Below, in pieces: positions 39,000 to 47,928 of a DNA stretch of 64,000 nucleotides (position 1 is the first letter of the stretch; each line of letters begins with the position of its first letter). The translations under genes were made by a program, and so were the position numbers. Source of the stretch: Fimbriimonadales bacterium (lineage in GTDB: Bacteria > Armatimonadota > Fimbriimonadia > Fimbriimonadales > ATM1); NCBI GenBank assembly GCA_041744215.1, contig JBGTLG010000039.1, positions 116,333 to 180,332 on the forward strand, given 5' to 3'. Below the pieces are notes generated by a model. It searched no databases and had not been told where the DNA came from. It saw only the letters and a program-made list of their open reading frames with translations.

Positions 39000-40115
39000 A
39001 GTCGCAGCTGACTTAACGATCTCAATCGCCAATCTCGTCAAGTCAACCAGATCTTTCTGAGACACATGTTCGTCGTGGGTGTGTATGTCCTTCATTCCGG
39101 TCCCGCACACAATTGTCGGCACACCCTTTGTGTTGAAGGCATTTGCGTCGCTTCCCCCTAGTGTCGAGCGCAATGGAAACTCAAACCCGAGTGCTTTCGC
39201 GGCGTGCAAGCCAACGCGAACGACGCGTGCGTCTTCTGCAACATGATAGCCGCCGTACGCGGTTTCATGGTTTATCTCGACTTTTGCGCCGAATTGAGTG
39301 GCCGCATCGCTGAAACACTGCTTCATGTGTGCAGTTTGGGCGTCGAGTTTTGCTTTGTCGAAACTCCGCGCTTCACAGAGCATCCTTGCTTCTGCGGGCA
39401 CGACGTTTCGTCCCGTTCCTCCTTCGATGACGCCAATGTTGCTGGTCGTCTCTTCATCGATTCGCCCGACGCGCATCTTTGCGACGGCAGTCGCTGCCAC
39501 TTGAATGGCATTGATGCCCTCTTCGGGATGCTTGCCGGCATGCGCGGGCCTGCCAATGACGCGAACGTCAAGTTTATCGTGGTGTCCTACGACATTTACG
39601 AATGACCCTACCGGCGGTCCAGTGTCGAAAACGTATCCAAAATCGACACCAACGCCCTGGATGTCACAAGCGAATGCGCCCTTTAGGCCGATTTCCTCCG
39701 CACAGCATAGGATTAGGTAGACATCCCCTCGGGGATCGTCCGACTCAGCGAGTGCATTCACCGCTTCGATCGCCGGTGCCATTCCGGCTTTGTCATCTGC
39801 GCCGAGAATCGTGTCGGTGTCGCTGAAGTACACGCCATCGCGCAATCCGATTCGCAGTCCAGCGGTCGGTTCTACGGTGTCAAAATGAGCTGAGAAGAAA
39901 ATTGACGGTGCATCCGGGAGGGTGCCCGGCAGTTTCGCGATTACGTTGTTCGCATTGCCCCCTATCTTTCCCCCAGCGTCGTCCTCCCAAACCTCCAATC
40001 CAATTCCCGTAAGATAGTTCTTGGTCCAATCGACGCACTCACGCTCTTGCAACGCCGGAGCATCGATCAGGCAAAGGTCTTCGAACAGTTTGAATAGTCT
40101 CGTCTCGTTGATCAT
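38994..40115 (-). CDS. M20 family peptidase T-like metallopeptidase
   Basis: AHFDTV, LGADDKAG, AEEIGL, HAG..PEEG, GGSDAN and IHTHDE motifs. Confidence 0.9.
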   Translation of the reverse strand: MINETRLFKLFEDLCLIDAPALQERECVDWTKNYLTGIGLEVWEDDAGGKIGGNANNVIAKLPGTLPDAPSIFFSAHFDTVEPTAGLRIGLRDGVYFSDTDTILGADDKAGMAPAIEAVNALAESDDPRGDVYLILCCAEEIGLKGAFACDIQGVGVDFGYVFDTGPPVGSFVNVVGHHDKLDVRVIGRPAHAGKHPEEGINAIQVAATAVAKMRVGRIDEETTSNIGVIEGGTGRNVVPAEARMLCEARSFDKAKLDAQTAHMKQCFSDAATQFGAKVEINHETAYGGYHVAEDARVVRVGLHAAKALGFEFPLRSTLGGSDANAFNTKGVPTIVCGTGMKDIHTHDEHVSQKDLVDLTRLAIEIVKSAATS

Positions 40116-40148
40116 TTGTATTCAAATCTCCATCGGTGAACAGCGAAC

Positions 40149-41930
40149 TCAAGCAACAGCCTCCACGAACGCATTGACGTCGGACTCAATCACGGCCAAG
40201 CTCGATCTCCAAAACTCTGGACTTCGAACATCAATCCCGAAGCCCTCGGCCAACTCGGCCGCGGACCCCATACCGGTGGATGACAGCAGGTCATCGTATC
40301 TGCCTTTGAAGTCGTCGGGGGACTCAAGATAACGGGCATACAGCCCAAGCCCAAAGAGAAGCCCGAACATGTATGGGAAGTTGTAGAATGAGAATCCGTA
40401 GTAGTGAGGCTTTGCTGCCCACATATATGGATGCAATTGCTCAGAATCGAGTCCGTCGCCATACGTATTCAGTTGCGCCTCTCTCATGATCTCGCAGAAT
40501 TCCGTTGACGAGAGTTCGCGCTCAACTCTGCGCCCGAACACCGCTTTCTCAAACTCAAATCGACTTGTGATGTCAACTACTACCTGGCAGGCGCCCTGCA
40601 GCGATGCCTCTAGGATCGCGATTCGATCGCCGGGGCCGCACTCTTCGAGCGCAGCCTGTCGTGTTATTGTCTCGCAAAAAATGCTGGCAGTTTCAGCAAG
40701 CGTCATCGGTGTCGCGCGTTGCATTTTAGTGCGTCCGTTCAAGCAAAGATTGTGATACCCATGCCCGAGCTCATGGGCGAGCGTGCTCACTGCTCCGAAA
40801 GATGGCTTGAAGTTCATCATGATTCTGCTCTCGTCTTTTCGAATCCCTGAGCAAAATGCTCCATCCCGTTTACCGTCGCGCGGCTCGGCGTCGATCCATT
40901 CCTCGCGAAACGCGCGGATTGCGAAGTCTGCCATTTTGTCCGAGTAGGTGGCGAACGTTCTGAGGACCAGCTTCTTCCCTTCCTCGTAATCCCAGACCTT
41001 CGATTCGCTGCCGAGCGGGGCGAAGATGTCGTACCATGCGAGTTTTGGGATACCGAGTGCGCGCGCCTTTGCCCCAAGGTATCGGCGGAATGCCGGAAAA
41101 GCCTCCCTGGAAGCCGCCATCATTGCCTCCAAAGTTTCCAGATCAATGTTTGCCCTGAAGATCGCCTCCTCAAGCGGAGACTTCCAGCCTCTACGGCGAT
41201 TTAGGGCGATAGCCTGGCCCTTTACTCCGTTGAGAGCGGACGCAATGACAAACTCGTTTCTGCTCCACGCGTCAAGCTCCGCTTCGTAAGCCTCACGGCG
41301 CACGGTACGGTCATCGGAGTAGGCTAAGTTTCGCACTGCGCTCATAGGCAGCGACTCGCCTTGGAAAGTGACAGAGAGTCTGCTTGTGAAGTTTCCATGC
41401 AGCTTGCCCCAAGCCTGTGATCCGCTCGGCGCGAGATCTGCTGCCAAGTCTTCTTCGTTGGGGGTCATCTGATGACTTGCCAAGACCTGCGCCTTCTTCA
41501 GTGCGAAGGAGTGGTTTCGCGCGACATCTGAAAGCTCGATCAATTCCTCAATGGGCAGGCAGCCGATCCACGCGTTGAGACGTGTTTCGAGTTTCCAGAA
41601 GTCAACCATTCGAGTTTGAAGTTCGCTGAGTTTCTGCTGAGCTGCGTCATGGCGGGAATCGACAGCGACCAAACAACCGAGGTACGCGAAGATTGTCTGA
41701 GCTTCATCATAGCAACCGTTGAACTCGTCTGTAATAGCCTCAAAAGTCCCCTTGACTTCGGCGGCATTTGGACGCGACTTGATTTCCCCTACGCCATGTT
41801 TATCAAAAGAGTCTCGAAGCGCATCGACGCGGCCAGAGAGAGATCCGACCGCCTCAAGAAACTCAGGCGAGTCAACACCGGGAAAGACCGAGCGCATATC
41901 CCAGCGAGGCAAAGTGGTGGCGGCTAACAT
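40149..41930 (-). CDS. M3 family oligoendopeptidase F
   Basis: GKRDGAFC, TLAHELGHGYH, LAETASIFCE and FYNFPY motifs. Confidence 0.93.
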   Translation of the reverse strand: MLAATTLPRWDMRSVFPGVDSPEFLEAVGSLSGRVDALRDSFDKHGVGEIKSRPNAAEVKGTFEAITDEFNGCYDEAQTIFAYLGCLVAVDSRHDAAQQKLSELQTRMVDFWKLETRLNAWIGCLPIEELIELSDVARNHSFALKKAQVLASHQMTPNEEDLAADLAPSGSQAWGKLHGNFTSRLSVTFQGESLPMSAVRNLAYSDDRTVRREAYEAELDAWSRNEFVIASALNGVKGQAIALNRRRGWKSPLEEAIFRANIDLETLEAMMAASREAFPAFRRYLGAKARALGIPKLAWYDIFAPLGSESKVWDYEEGKKLVLRTFATYSDKMADFAIRAFREEWIDAEPRDGKRDGAFCSGIRKDESRIMMNFKPSFGAVSTLAHELGHGYHNLCLNGRTKMQRATPMTLAETASIFCETITRQAALEECGPGDRIAILEASLQGACQVVVDITSRFEFEKAVFGRRVERELSSTEFCEIMREAQLNTYGDGLDSEQLHPYMWAAKPHYYGFSFYNFPYMFGLLFGLGLYARYLESPDDFKGRYDDLLSSTGMGSAAELAEGFGIDVRSPEFWRSSLAVIESDVNAFVEAVA

Positions 41931-42141
41931 GGCTCAATTCTGCATTGTCCGAAGCCCTTATCGCCCAGGAACTCACAATAGCTGAATTGCTAAAGCAGAT
42001 AAAGAACATTGTTTTCCGCCAAACTTATACTCTGAAAGCTCCGTGAATTTTCTACGATCGGCACAGAACGGCCGTTCTCGTCGTCTTAGGTGTGGGCTCT
42101 CTCCCCTTACTCATCCGGAGGAAGCCCGTCAGGAGGAAACT

Positions 42142-42423
42142 ATGAAAACTGTACTTTGTGTGGCGCTGTTCGCTTGTTCGGCATTTGCACTCTCTGGGTG
42201 CTCCGGTGATGATCCGTCACCTGAACAGGGGCCCGCTCCGGAAATCACGACCGAGCAGAAAAACAACTCGGCCGCGACCAACGCACCTTCGACAACGACG
42301 AACGACGGGCCGCAGGCAGTCGAGGCGCAGTGCGCCGACTGCATGATTAGCTTCGACAAGGCTCGCATGAAGGAGATCGAAGGCCGTTGGTACTGTGAGT
42401 CCTGCGCTGCGAAAAAAGGGTAG
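42142..42423 (+). CDS. small lipoprotein with C-terminal CxxC...CxxC
   Basis: AGGAGG SD, LSGC lipobox, low-complexity linker, CADC and CESC. Confidence 0.72.
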   Translation: MKTVLCVALFACSAFALSGCSGDDPSPEQGPAPEITTEQKNNSAATNAPSTTTNDGPQAVEAQCADCMISFDKARMKEIEGRWYCESCAAKKG

Positions 42424-42517
42424 CGGCAACAGCCCTTTTGCCTTTTAGGAGATTGGGGCTTTGTCCTCAATCTCCGAACGTGGGCTAGTCAACGGCTATA
42501 CTCCTCTTTATTCGCCT

Positions 42518-43432
42518 ATGCCAGTTGCTCAGGTCAGCGGCCTAACGGTCACGTACGGAAAAAAGGTCGCGGTTCAAAATCTTACTTGCGACATTCCCGA
42601 AGGTTGCGTGGGGCTGCTCGGACCAAATGGTGCGGGCAAAACGACCCTCATCAAGGCCCTCCTGGGATTCGTCACACCGGTGACGGGCACGGGAAACGTG
42701 TTGGGCCACGACATCTACACTGAGCCCCTCCAAATCCGAATGAACGTCGGACTAATGCCAGAGTTAGACTGTCACATTCCGGGACTAACAGCCGTCGAGT
42801 ACGTGGCCTACGCCGGCGAACTGAGTGGGATGCCTCGGTCGCACGCGATCCGGCGATCTCACGAAGTGTTGGACTACTGCGCGCTTGGCGAAGCGAGATA
42901 TCGCAATCTGGAAACTTATTCGACGGGGATGAAGCAACGCGCCAAGCTGGCGCAAGCGCTCGTACATGGGCCCAAACTCCTATTCTTAGACGAACCGACA
43001 AACGGGCTTGACCCTGAGGGTCGAGACGAAATGCTCGATCTTATTCGCGACATCTCTCATGACAAGGGCGTGAACGTAATCGTCTCTTCGCATCTGCTAC
43101 CTGATATTGAAAAAACTTGCGACTACGTCATCGTCATGCAAGAAGGGACTGTTCGACGACAAGAAACCGTCGCAGGGATTCGTGCGATTAGTGCGACACA
43201 GTGGGACGTCGAACTGCGGGAACCCTCCGAAGCTTTCGTCAGCGCAGTTTCGACGGAAGGGGGAAGTTTGTTGCGGTCCTTGTCCAATTTCTACCGCCTC
43301 GAAATGTCCGCAGATGAGGTTCCAGCTTCGCTGCGCATCTTCCGCTCGGCGCGTGCAGCCGGGGCGCAAGTGAGGTCGCTTCGGGCGGCGCAGCGCTCGC
43401 TCGAAGATGCGTTCTTGGAGGCAATTCAGTGA
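42518..43432 (+). CDS. ABC transporter ATP-binding protein
   Basis: GPNGAGKTT, YSTGMKQR, LDEPTNGLD and SSH motifs. Confidence 0.93.
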   Translation: MPVAQVSGLTVTYGKKVAVQNLTCDIPEGCVGLLGPNGAGKTTLIKALLGFVTPVTGTGNVLGHDIYTEPLQIRMNVGLMPELDCHIPGLTAVEYVAYAGELSGMPRSHAIRRSHEVLDYCALGEARYRNLETYSTGMKQRAKLAQALVHGPKLLFLDEPTNGLDPEGRDEMLDLIRDISHDKGVNVIVSSHLLPDIEKTCDYVIVMQEGTVRRQETVAGIRAISATQWDVELREPSEAFVSAVSTEGGSLLRSLSNFYRLEMSADEVPASLRIFRSARAAGAQVRSLRAAQRSLEDAFLEAIQ

Positions 43433-44343
43433 GTGCCCCGGGCGGACCGATCGCGGACCTCAGCTATCGCAATTACGACGGCCCAAAATCCGTTGACGGC
43501 TTTCGCTGGTGGTCGATCGCGAAGAACGGCATAAGGGGCGCTATGCGCAAAAAGTTCTTTTGGGTGCTCGTGGCCTTGGCGATGTTGCCGTACCTCTTCT
43601 TGATCATCCAGATGATTCTGCTTTCGACAATAACAAGCGTTAATGAGGCGGCATCAGAGAACATGCCGACCTTCGTAGAGATGCTGGCGGGAGCGTACGG
43701 CAACTCATGGTGGGTGCTGTTCGTCGCGCTGTTAGTGGGAACTGGCAGTATCGCTGCGGACAATCGCGCCAACGCTTTGCAAGTCTATCTTTCGAAACCG
43801 ATCACACGCAAAGACTACTTGATTGGGAAGCTCATGTCCGTATTCGTGCCCGTTTACGCGGTGACGCTGCTTCCGATGCTGATGGCAACTTCATTCGCAG
43901 CTTTCGATCAGGGTGTTGGTGCGTTTATCAGCGAACATCCAGTCCTGTTCCCCTCAATAATCGTGGTTGCCGCGATACCGGCGATTGTGCATGCGTCTCT
44001 TCTTTGCGGGATTTCAGCGTGGAACAAGACTCCATGGGCTGTCGGTGTTAGCTACGTCGGAGTCGTCTTCTTCTGGAATATCGCATCGACGATTTTAGTG
44101 TTTGCGATAGGTCAAGACATAGGCTCCCAAGCAGCCACAACGATACGTTTCTTCAGCATCGATGGAGCGATATCCGGGCTCGGCTATCGCATCCTTGGCA
44201 ATATGCCCCGGCAGGGGTTTGGGGGGGATCGCGTAGTTTTCCCTGATCCAGTTCCGCTCGCCATGCTGTTGGCAGTCGCGATCGCCATCGGCATTCTACT
44301 GTGCTATCGCCGAATCCGCGCAGTCGAGGTGGTTACGGGATGA
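43429..44343 (+). CDS. ABC-2 type permease
   Basis: About 6 TM; YLSKPITRKDYLIGK motif; GTGA coupling. Confidence 0.85.
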   Translation: MSAPGGPIADLSYRNYDGPKSVDGFRWWSIAKNGIRGAMRKKFFWVLVALAMLPYLFLIIQMILLSTITSVNEAASENMPTFVEMLAGAYGNSWWVLFVALLVGTGSIAADNRANALQVYLSKPITRKDYLIGKLMSVFVPVYAVTLLPMLMATSFAAFDQGVGAFISEHPVLFPSIIVVAAIPAIVHASLLCGISAWNKTPWAVGVSYVGVVFFWNIASTILVFAIGQDIGSQAATTIRFFSIDGAISGLGYRILGNMPRQGFGGDRVVFPDPVPLAMLLAVAIAIGILLCYRRIRAVEVVTG

Positions 44344-45260
44344 TCGAATTGCGAGGGGCATCTCGTTGGTATGGCCAGGTAATCGGCGTGAACGACGTGT
44401 CCTGCACGGTAGGTCCTGGAATCACTGCGTTGCTGGGACAGAACGGGGCCGGCAAATCGACGATGATCAAACTCATCACCGGTCAGCTGCGCGCAACTAC
44501 CGGCGAGACTTCAGTCTTCGGAGAGTTGCCGTTTGCGAATCCGGGAGTGCAGAGGCGGCTCGGCTACTGCCCTGAAACAGACAGCTTCTACGAAGATATG
44601 AGCGGCAGAAGGTTTGTAACGCTAATGGCGCGCATGAGCGGCGTGCAGAAATCTGATGTGCAGCAGCGAGTCTCCGAAGCCATCGAGCGCGTCGGCATGA
44701 CCGATCGAGCGGATACGAAGATAGCAGGGTACTCAAAAGGTATGCGACAGCGCATCAAGGTCGCGCAAGCGATCGTTCACGATCCCGATATCCTAGTCTT
44801 AGATGAACCGCTAAATGGCCTTGACCCTGTCGGCAGGAAGGCGATGGGCGACCTTCTGCAAGAGTATTCGGAACGCGGAAAGACAATCCTTATCAGCAGC
44901 CATATTCTTCATGAAGTGGAGCAGATGACAAACACGATTCTTCTGTTGCACCGTGGCAGGCTGCTCGCACAAGGAGACATCCGAGAGATACGTTCACTGA
45001 TCGATCGGCACCCACATCGGATTCGCATCTCGATGGAGGCGGCCCGAACGTTTGGCCCCAGCCTCGTAGCGCTTCCTTCCGTAATCTCCCTCCGCTATGA
45101 CCGCAGTGATTCAAACTTCGTCGAGCTGGAAACGACGGATCCCGACAATTTCTACTCAACTTTTGCAGACATGGTCATGGAGAGCTCTGCAGAAGTGTTT
45201 ACACTTCACTCGCCGGACAACAACCTTGAGGCAGTCTTCAGATATCTGGTGAAAGGATGA
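44340..45260 (+). CDS. ABC transporter ATP-binding protein
   Basis: GQNGAGKST, YSKGMRQR and LDEPLNGLD motifs. Confidence 0.93.
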   Translation: MIELRGASRWYGQVIGVNDVSCTVGPGITALLGQNGAGKSTMIKLITGQLRATTGETSVFGELPFANPGVQRRLGYCPETDSFYEDMSGRRFVTLMARMSGVQKSDVQQRVSEAIERVGMTDRADTKIAGYSKGMRQRIKVAQAIVHDPDILVLDEPLNGLDPVGRKAMGDLLQEYSERGKTILISSHILHEVEQMTNTILLLHRGRLLAQGDIREIRSLIDRHPHRIRISMEAARTFGPSLVALPSVISLRYDRSDSNFVELETTDPDNFYSTFADMVMESSAEVFTLHSPDNNLEAVFRYLVKG

Positions 45261-46030
45261 CTTTTCTGGAGCTTCTCAGTTGGACGATTTGGGACGCCAC
45301 TCGGCCCAGGAAACTGGTGCTGATGGCTATTCTCGTTGCGGTTGGGCCGATTTTCGCGATACTGATCTCCCTAGCGGGAGAAGGGGGGACAGAGGCCGGT
45401 TACTCCCTGGTCGTTCAATTGGCGATCTACCAGTTTACGATGGTGCTCTTATCGATCGTGTTCGCATGCAGCGCAGTCTCCGGGGAAGTAACCGGTCGCA
45501 CTATCTCGTTCTTGGTGACCAGACCTGTATCACGCGCACAGATACTCGTCGCCAAATTCGTCGGCGCATCCATCATTGTCGCAATTGCGTCTTGCGTGGC
45601 TTGTCTACTGACAGGGGTGCTGTTCGAGACGGACAATATCGGGTTTGAACGAATCCAAAAAGACCTTTACGTGCTGCCAGTCGGAGCCATCGTTTATTGC
45701 GCTGTCTTCACGTGCCTCTCTGCGCTGCTCGTTCGCCCAGTCTTGGTGGCCGTCTTTTACACGTTCGCGTTTGAGAGTTGGGTATGGGTGATCCCTGGCG
45801 ACTTTCCAAAGCTCTCGCTAATGACCTACTTGCGCGCTTTGGGGGATCACTCTCCGCCCGACGCCGGCGCTCCAGCGGGCATTGTCGATGTTCTCGCGCA
45901 ACTGAGTCCTACCATGATCTCGAAGGATCAGGCCTGGACGACCTTGGCGCTGGTTGCGGTGGTCGCCATCGCCCTTGGCGTCATTGCCTTTAGTCGGGGC
46001 GAATACGTGCCTAAAGAAGAGGCCGCCTAG
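45257..46030 (+). CDS. ABC-2 type permease
   Basis: About 6 TM; LVTRPVSRAQILVAK motif; ATGA coupling. Confidence 0.85.
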   Translation: MTFLELLSWTIWDATRPRKLVLMAILVAVGPIFAILISLAGEGGTEAGYSLVVQLAIYQFTMVLLSIVFACSAVSGEVTGRTISFLVTRPVSRAQILVAKFVGASIIVAIASCVACLLTGVLFETDNIGFERIQKDLYVLPVGAIVYCAVFTCLSALLVRPVLVAVFYTFAFESWVWVIPGDFPKLSLMTYLRALGDHSPPDAGAPAGIVDVLAQLSPTMISKDQAWTTLALVAVVAIALGVIAFSRGEYVPKEEAA

Positions 46031-46941
46031 CTCGACGCGATTCGCAGGAGATCGGCAGCTTCCGGGTAATCCGGGTGCTTCCCGAGCAGTACTTGAAGCG
46101 AATCCGCGGCTTCTTGCCTGCGGTTGGCTGCAATCAAGGCTCGGCTCCTATGAAACTCAGCATCCGTGTAATCGGGGTTGATTTCAAGAGCAGATTCAAA
46201 TTCTCGCACCGCATCCTGCGCCCTGCCCATCCCGAGTAGCGCGAGACCGTACTTGCAGCGGAGGTCCGCAAAGCTCGGAGTAATCGCTAAAGCCTTGAGA
46301 TATGCCGAGGCGGCCAGGTCGAACTTGCCATTTCCTAGAAGAGAGTCGCCCGCTTCAACGTGCCGTTTCGACTCTTCTAAAGAGTCATTCGAAATTGACT
46401 CCAGCATGCCGATCGCCAGCTCCCGGTCCCCGTTAGCAAGGATGATCAGCGCTGATCGGTACCGCTCGGAGTCCAAGCTCTGGTCCGATTCCGCGGCAGC
46501 TTCGATTCGCTCAATGCCCTCTGCTTCGCGACCGAGTTCGATCAGCAGGATGCCTTCCATGAGTATCGCGCTTCCGTAGCGGGGGTTGATGTTGAGCGCG
46601 CGCTTCACGCACAGCGCGGCATCGTCGATACGCCCAAGCTTCCTTAGCGCGACGCCCAGCGAGTAGTGGAGGTCAGCGTAGTTGGGATGTCGCTGCAGCG
46701 CTGTCTCTAGGTGGCCAATCGCACGCTCGTAGCTGCCCGCCTTGAGCGCAGAGTGCCCGAGATTCGCGTAGCATTCGCTCAGATAGAAGCCTGCAAGCCG
46801 GCGTGTTGCCGGGTCTTCGGTTGTGCCGAGACACTCCTCGAAAGGGGCTATCGCGTCCGCGAACCGACCTTCGTCGAACGCCGTAATCCCGCGGTCATAT
46901 GCTTTGTTTTTCGTAAAACCGAACCACTCAAAGAGTGCCAT
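46027..46941 (-). CDS. tetratricopeptide repeat protein
   Basis: Multiple TPR repeats (HPNYADLHYSLG, ALNINPRY, ALEINPDY). Confidence 0.88.
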   Translation of the reverse strand: MALFEWFGFTKNKAYDRGITAFDEGRFADAIAPFEECLGTTEDPATRRLAGFYLSECYANLGHSALKAGSYERAIGHLETALQRHPNYADLHYSLGVALRKLGRIDDAALCVKRALNINPRYGSAILMEGILLIELGREAEGIERIEAAAESDQSLDSERYRSALIILANGDRELAIGMLESISNDSLEESKRHVEAGDSLLGNGKFDLAASAYLKALAITPSFADLRCKYGLALLGMGRAQDAVREFESALEINPDYTDAEFHRSRALIAANRRQEAADSLQVLLGKHPDYPEAADLLRIASS

Positions 46942-46979
46942 GGGCAAAGTATTCCTATGGCTGTTATCGGCAGTTCAGG

Positions 46980-47019
46980 AAAAAAAGAAAGGGGAGCGCC
47001 GAAGCCGCACGACGCTCCC
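46980..47019 (-). terminator. intrinsic terminator
   Basis: Minus strand GGGAGCGTCG-loop-CGGCGCTCCC followed by CTTTCTTTTTTT. Confidence 0.8.
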
Positions 47020-47082
47020 TGTGTTCCATCCGGGTTGATAAAAGGCGGATCCGACCCGACAGGGCGGGTCAGCTATCAGGGG
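46980..47082 (-). ncRNA. candidate structured sRNA or cis-regulatory RNA (unassigned family)
   Basis: Nested stems with G-U wobbles valid only on the minus strand, two possible pseudoknot pairings, terminator at the 3' end. Confidence 0.4.
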
Positions 47083-47121
47083 TAGAGACGCGAACAGCGC
47101 GAAGAAAGCCGCGCAAAAAAA

Positions 47122-47928
47122 CTAAATCTCGATCAGCTTTCCGTCGAAGCCAGTGTCTATCTCGTGCGGCTCGAAATAGTCCACGAGCTCCGCGTGAGTC
47201 GCGAGCCCGGTGTGGCTATGCTGCGTCGTGGTGATGGGAGTCCCAGGAGGTGCGCAGCCCATCTCTCGCAATCGAGACACAACGGCCAACGCTTCGCTGG
47301 CGGAAAGGTGCCCCCAATACTCGGTCGGATTAAAGCCGTCGGTGGCCTCAAGCACGATCGCGTCGAAACGCCAGCCCTCCAAGAACTGCCAAGTCTCCTC
47401 TTGCCAGACGCCTGTGTCAGTCCCGTACAGCAGCGTTTTGTCTTTCTTAATGATTAGGTTGAGACTGTCTTCGTCGAGTTTGTGATAGGCGCGAATCGGC
47501 GTGATCTCGTACTCCCCGACCGCAGTCGTCTCGAAACTCCTGAGGAGCTGCTTTTCGATTGCGATGCCCTCTGGAAAGGCACGGTCGATGCCATCAAGGA
47601 TCGCCTGATTCCCAAGAATCACCGGGGTTGGCGTCCCTTCAGGGACGAAGGGATGATGCATGTACTGCAGTTCTCGAGGCGCGAAGTGGTCGTCGTGCGA
47701 ATGGGTGAATGCGATGTACCGCCAATCCGACACACGGAGACCGTACTTCTGGCACTGGGCGTAGGTGTCCGCACCAAAGTCCAGGCGAAGGATCTCGTCC
47801 ACGACGGCCGCGGAGCGCATGCGAACGTCCTTCCCGCCGAACTGCCTCGCGAAGTCGGAGACCCGGGAGTTTCCAAAGAAGGAAGGGATCCCGTCTGCCG
47901 CTCCGGTTCCTGTAAGAAGAATCTTCAC
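47122..47928 (-). CDS. PhnP-like metallo-beta-lactamase-fold hydrolase
   Basis: LTGTGAADGIP, THSHDDH, YGTDTG and GHLS motifs. Confidence 0.85.
   Translation of the reverse strand: MKILLTGTGAADGIPSFFGNSRVSDFARQFGGKDVRMRSAAVVDEILRLDFGADTYAQCQKYGLRVSDWRYIAFTHSHDDHFAPRELQYMHHPFVPEGTPTPVILGNQAILDGIDRAFPEGIAIEKQLLRSFETTAVGEYEITPIRAYHKLDEDSLNLIIKKDKTLLYGTDTGVWQEETWQFLEGWRFDAIVLEATDGFNPTEYWGHLSASEALAVVSRLREMGCAPPGTPITTTQHSHTGLATHAELVDYFEPHEIDTGFDGKLIEI

Noticed and set aside
46980..47112. Assignment of the structured RNA to SAM-I, SAH, 6S, SRP or hammerhead families
   Set aside because: Only short fragments match (TTATCAA, GGAGCG, CTGAT); core consensus elements and lengths do not fit, so it is left unassigned
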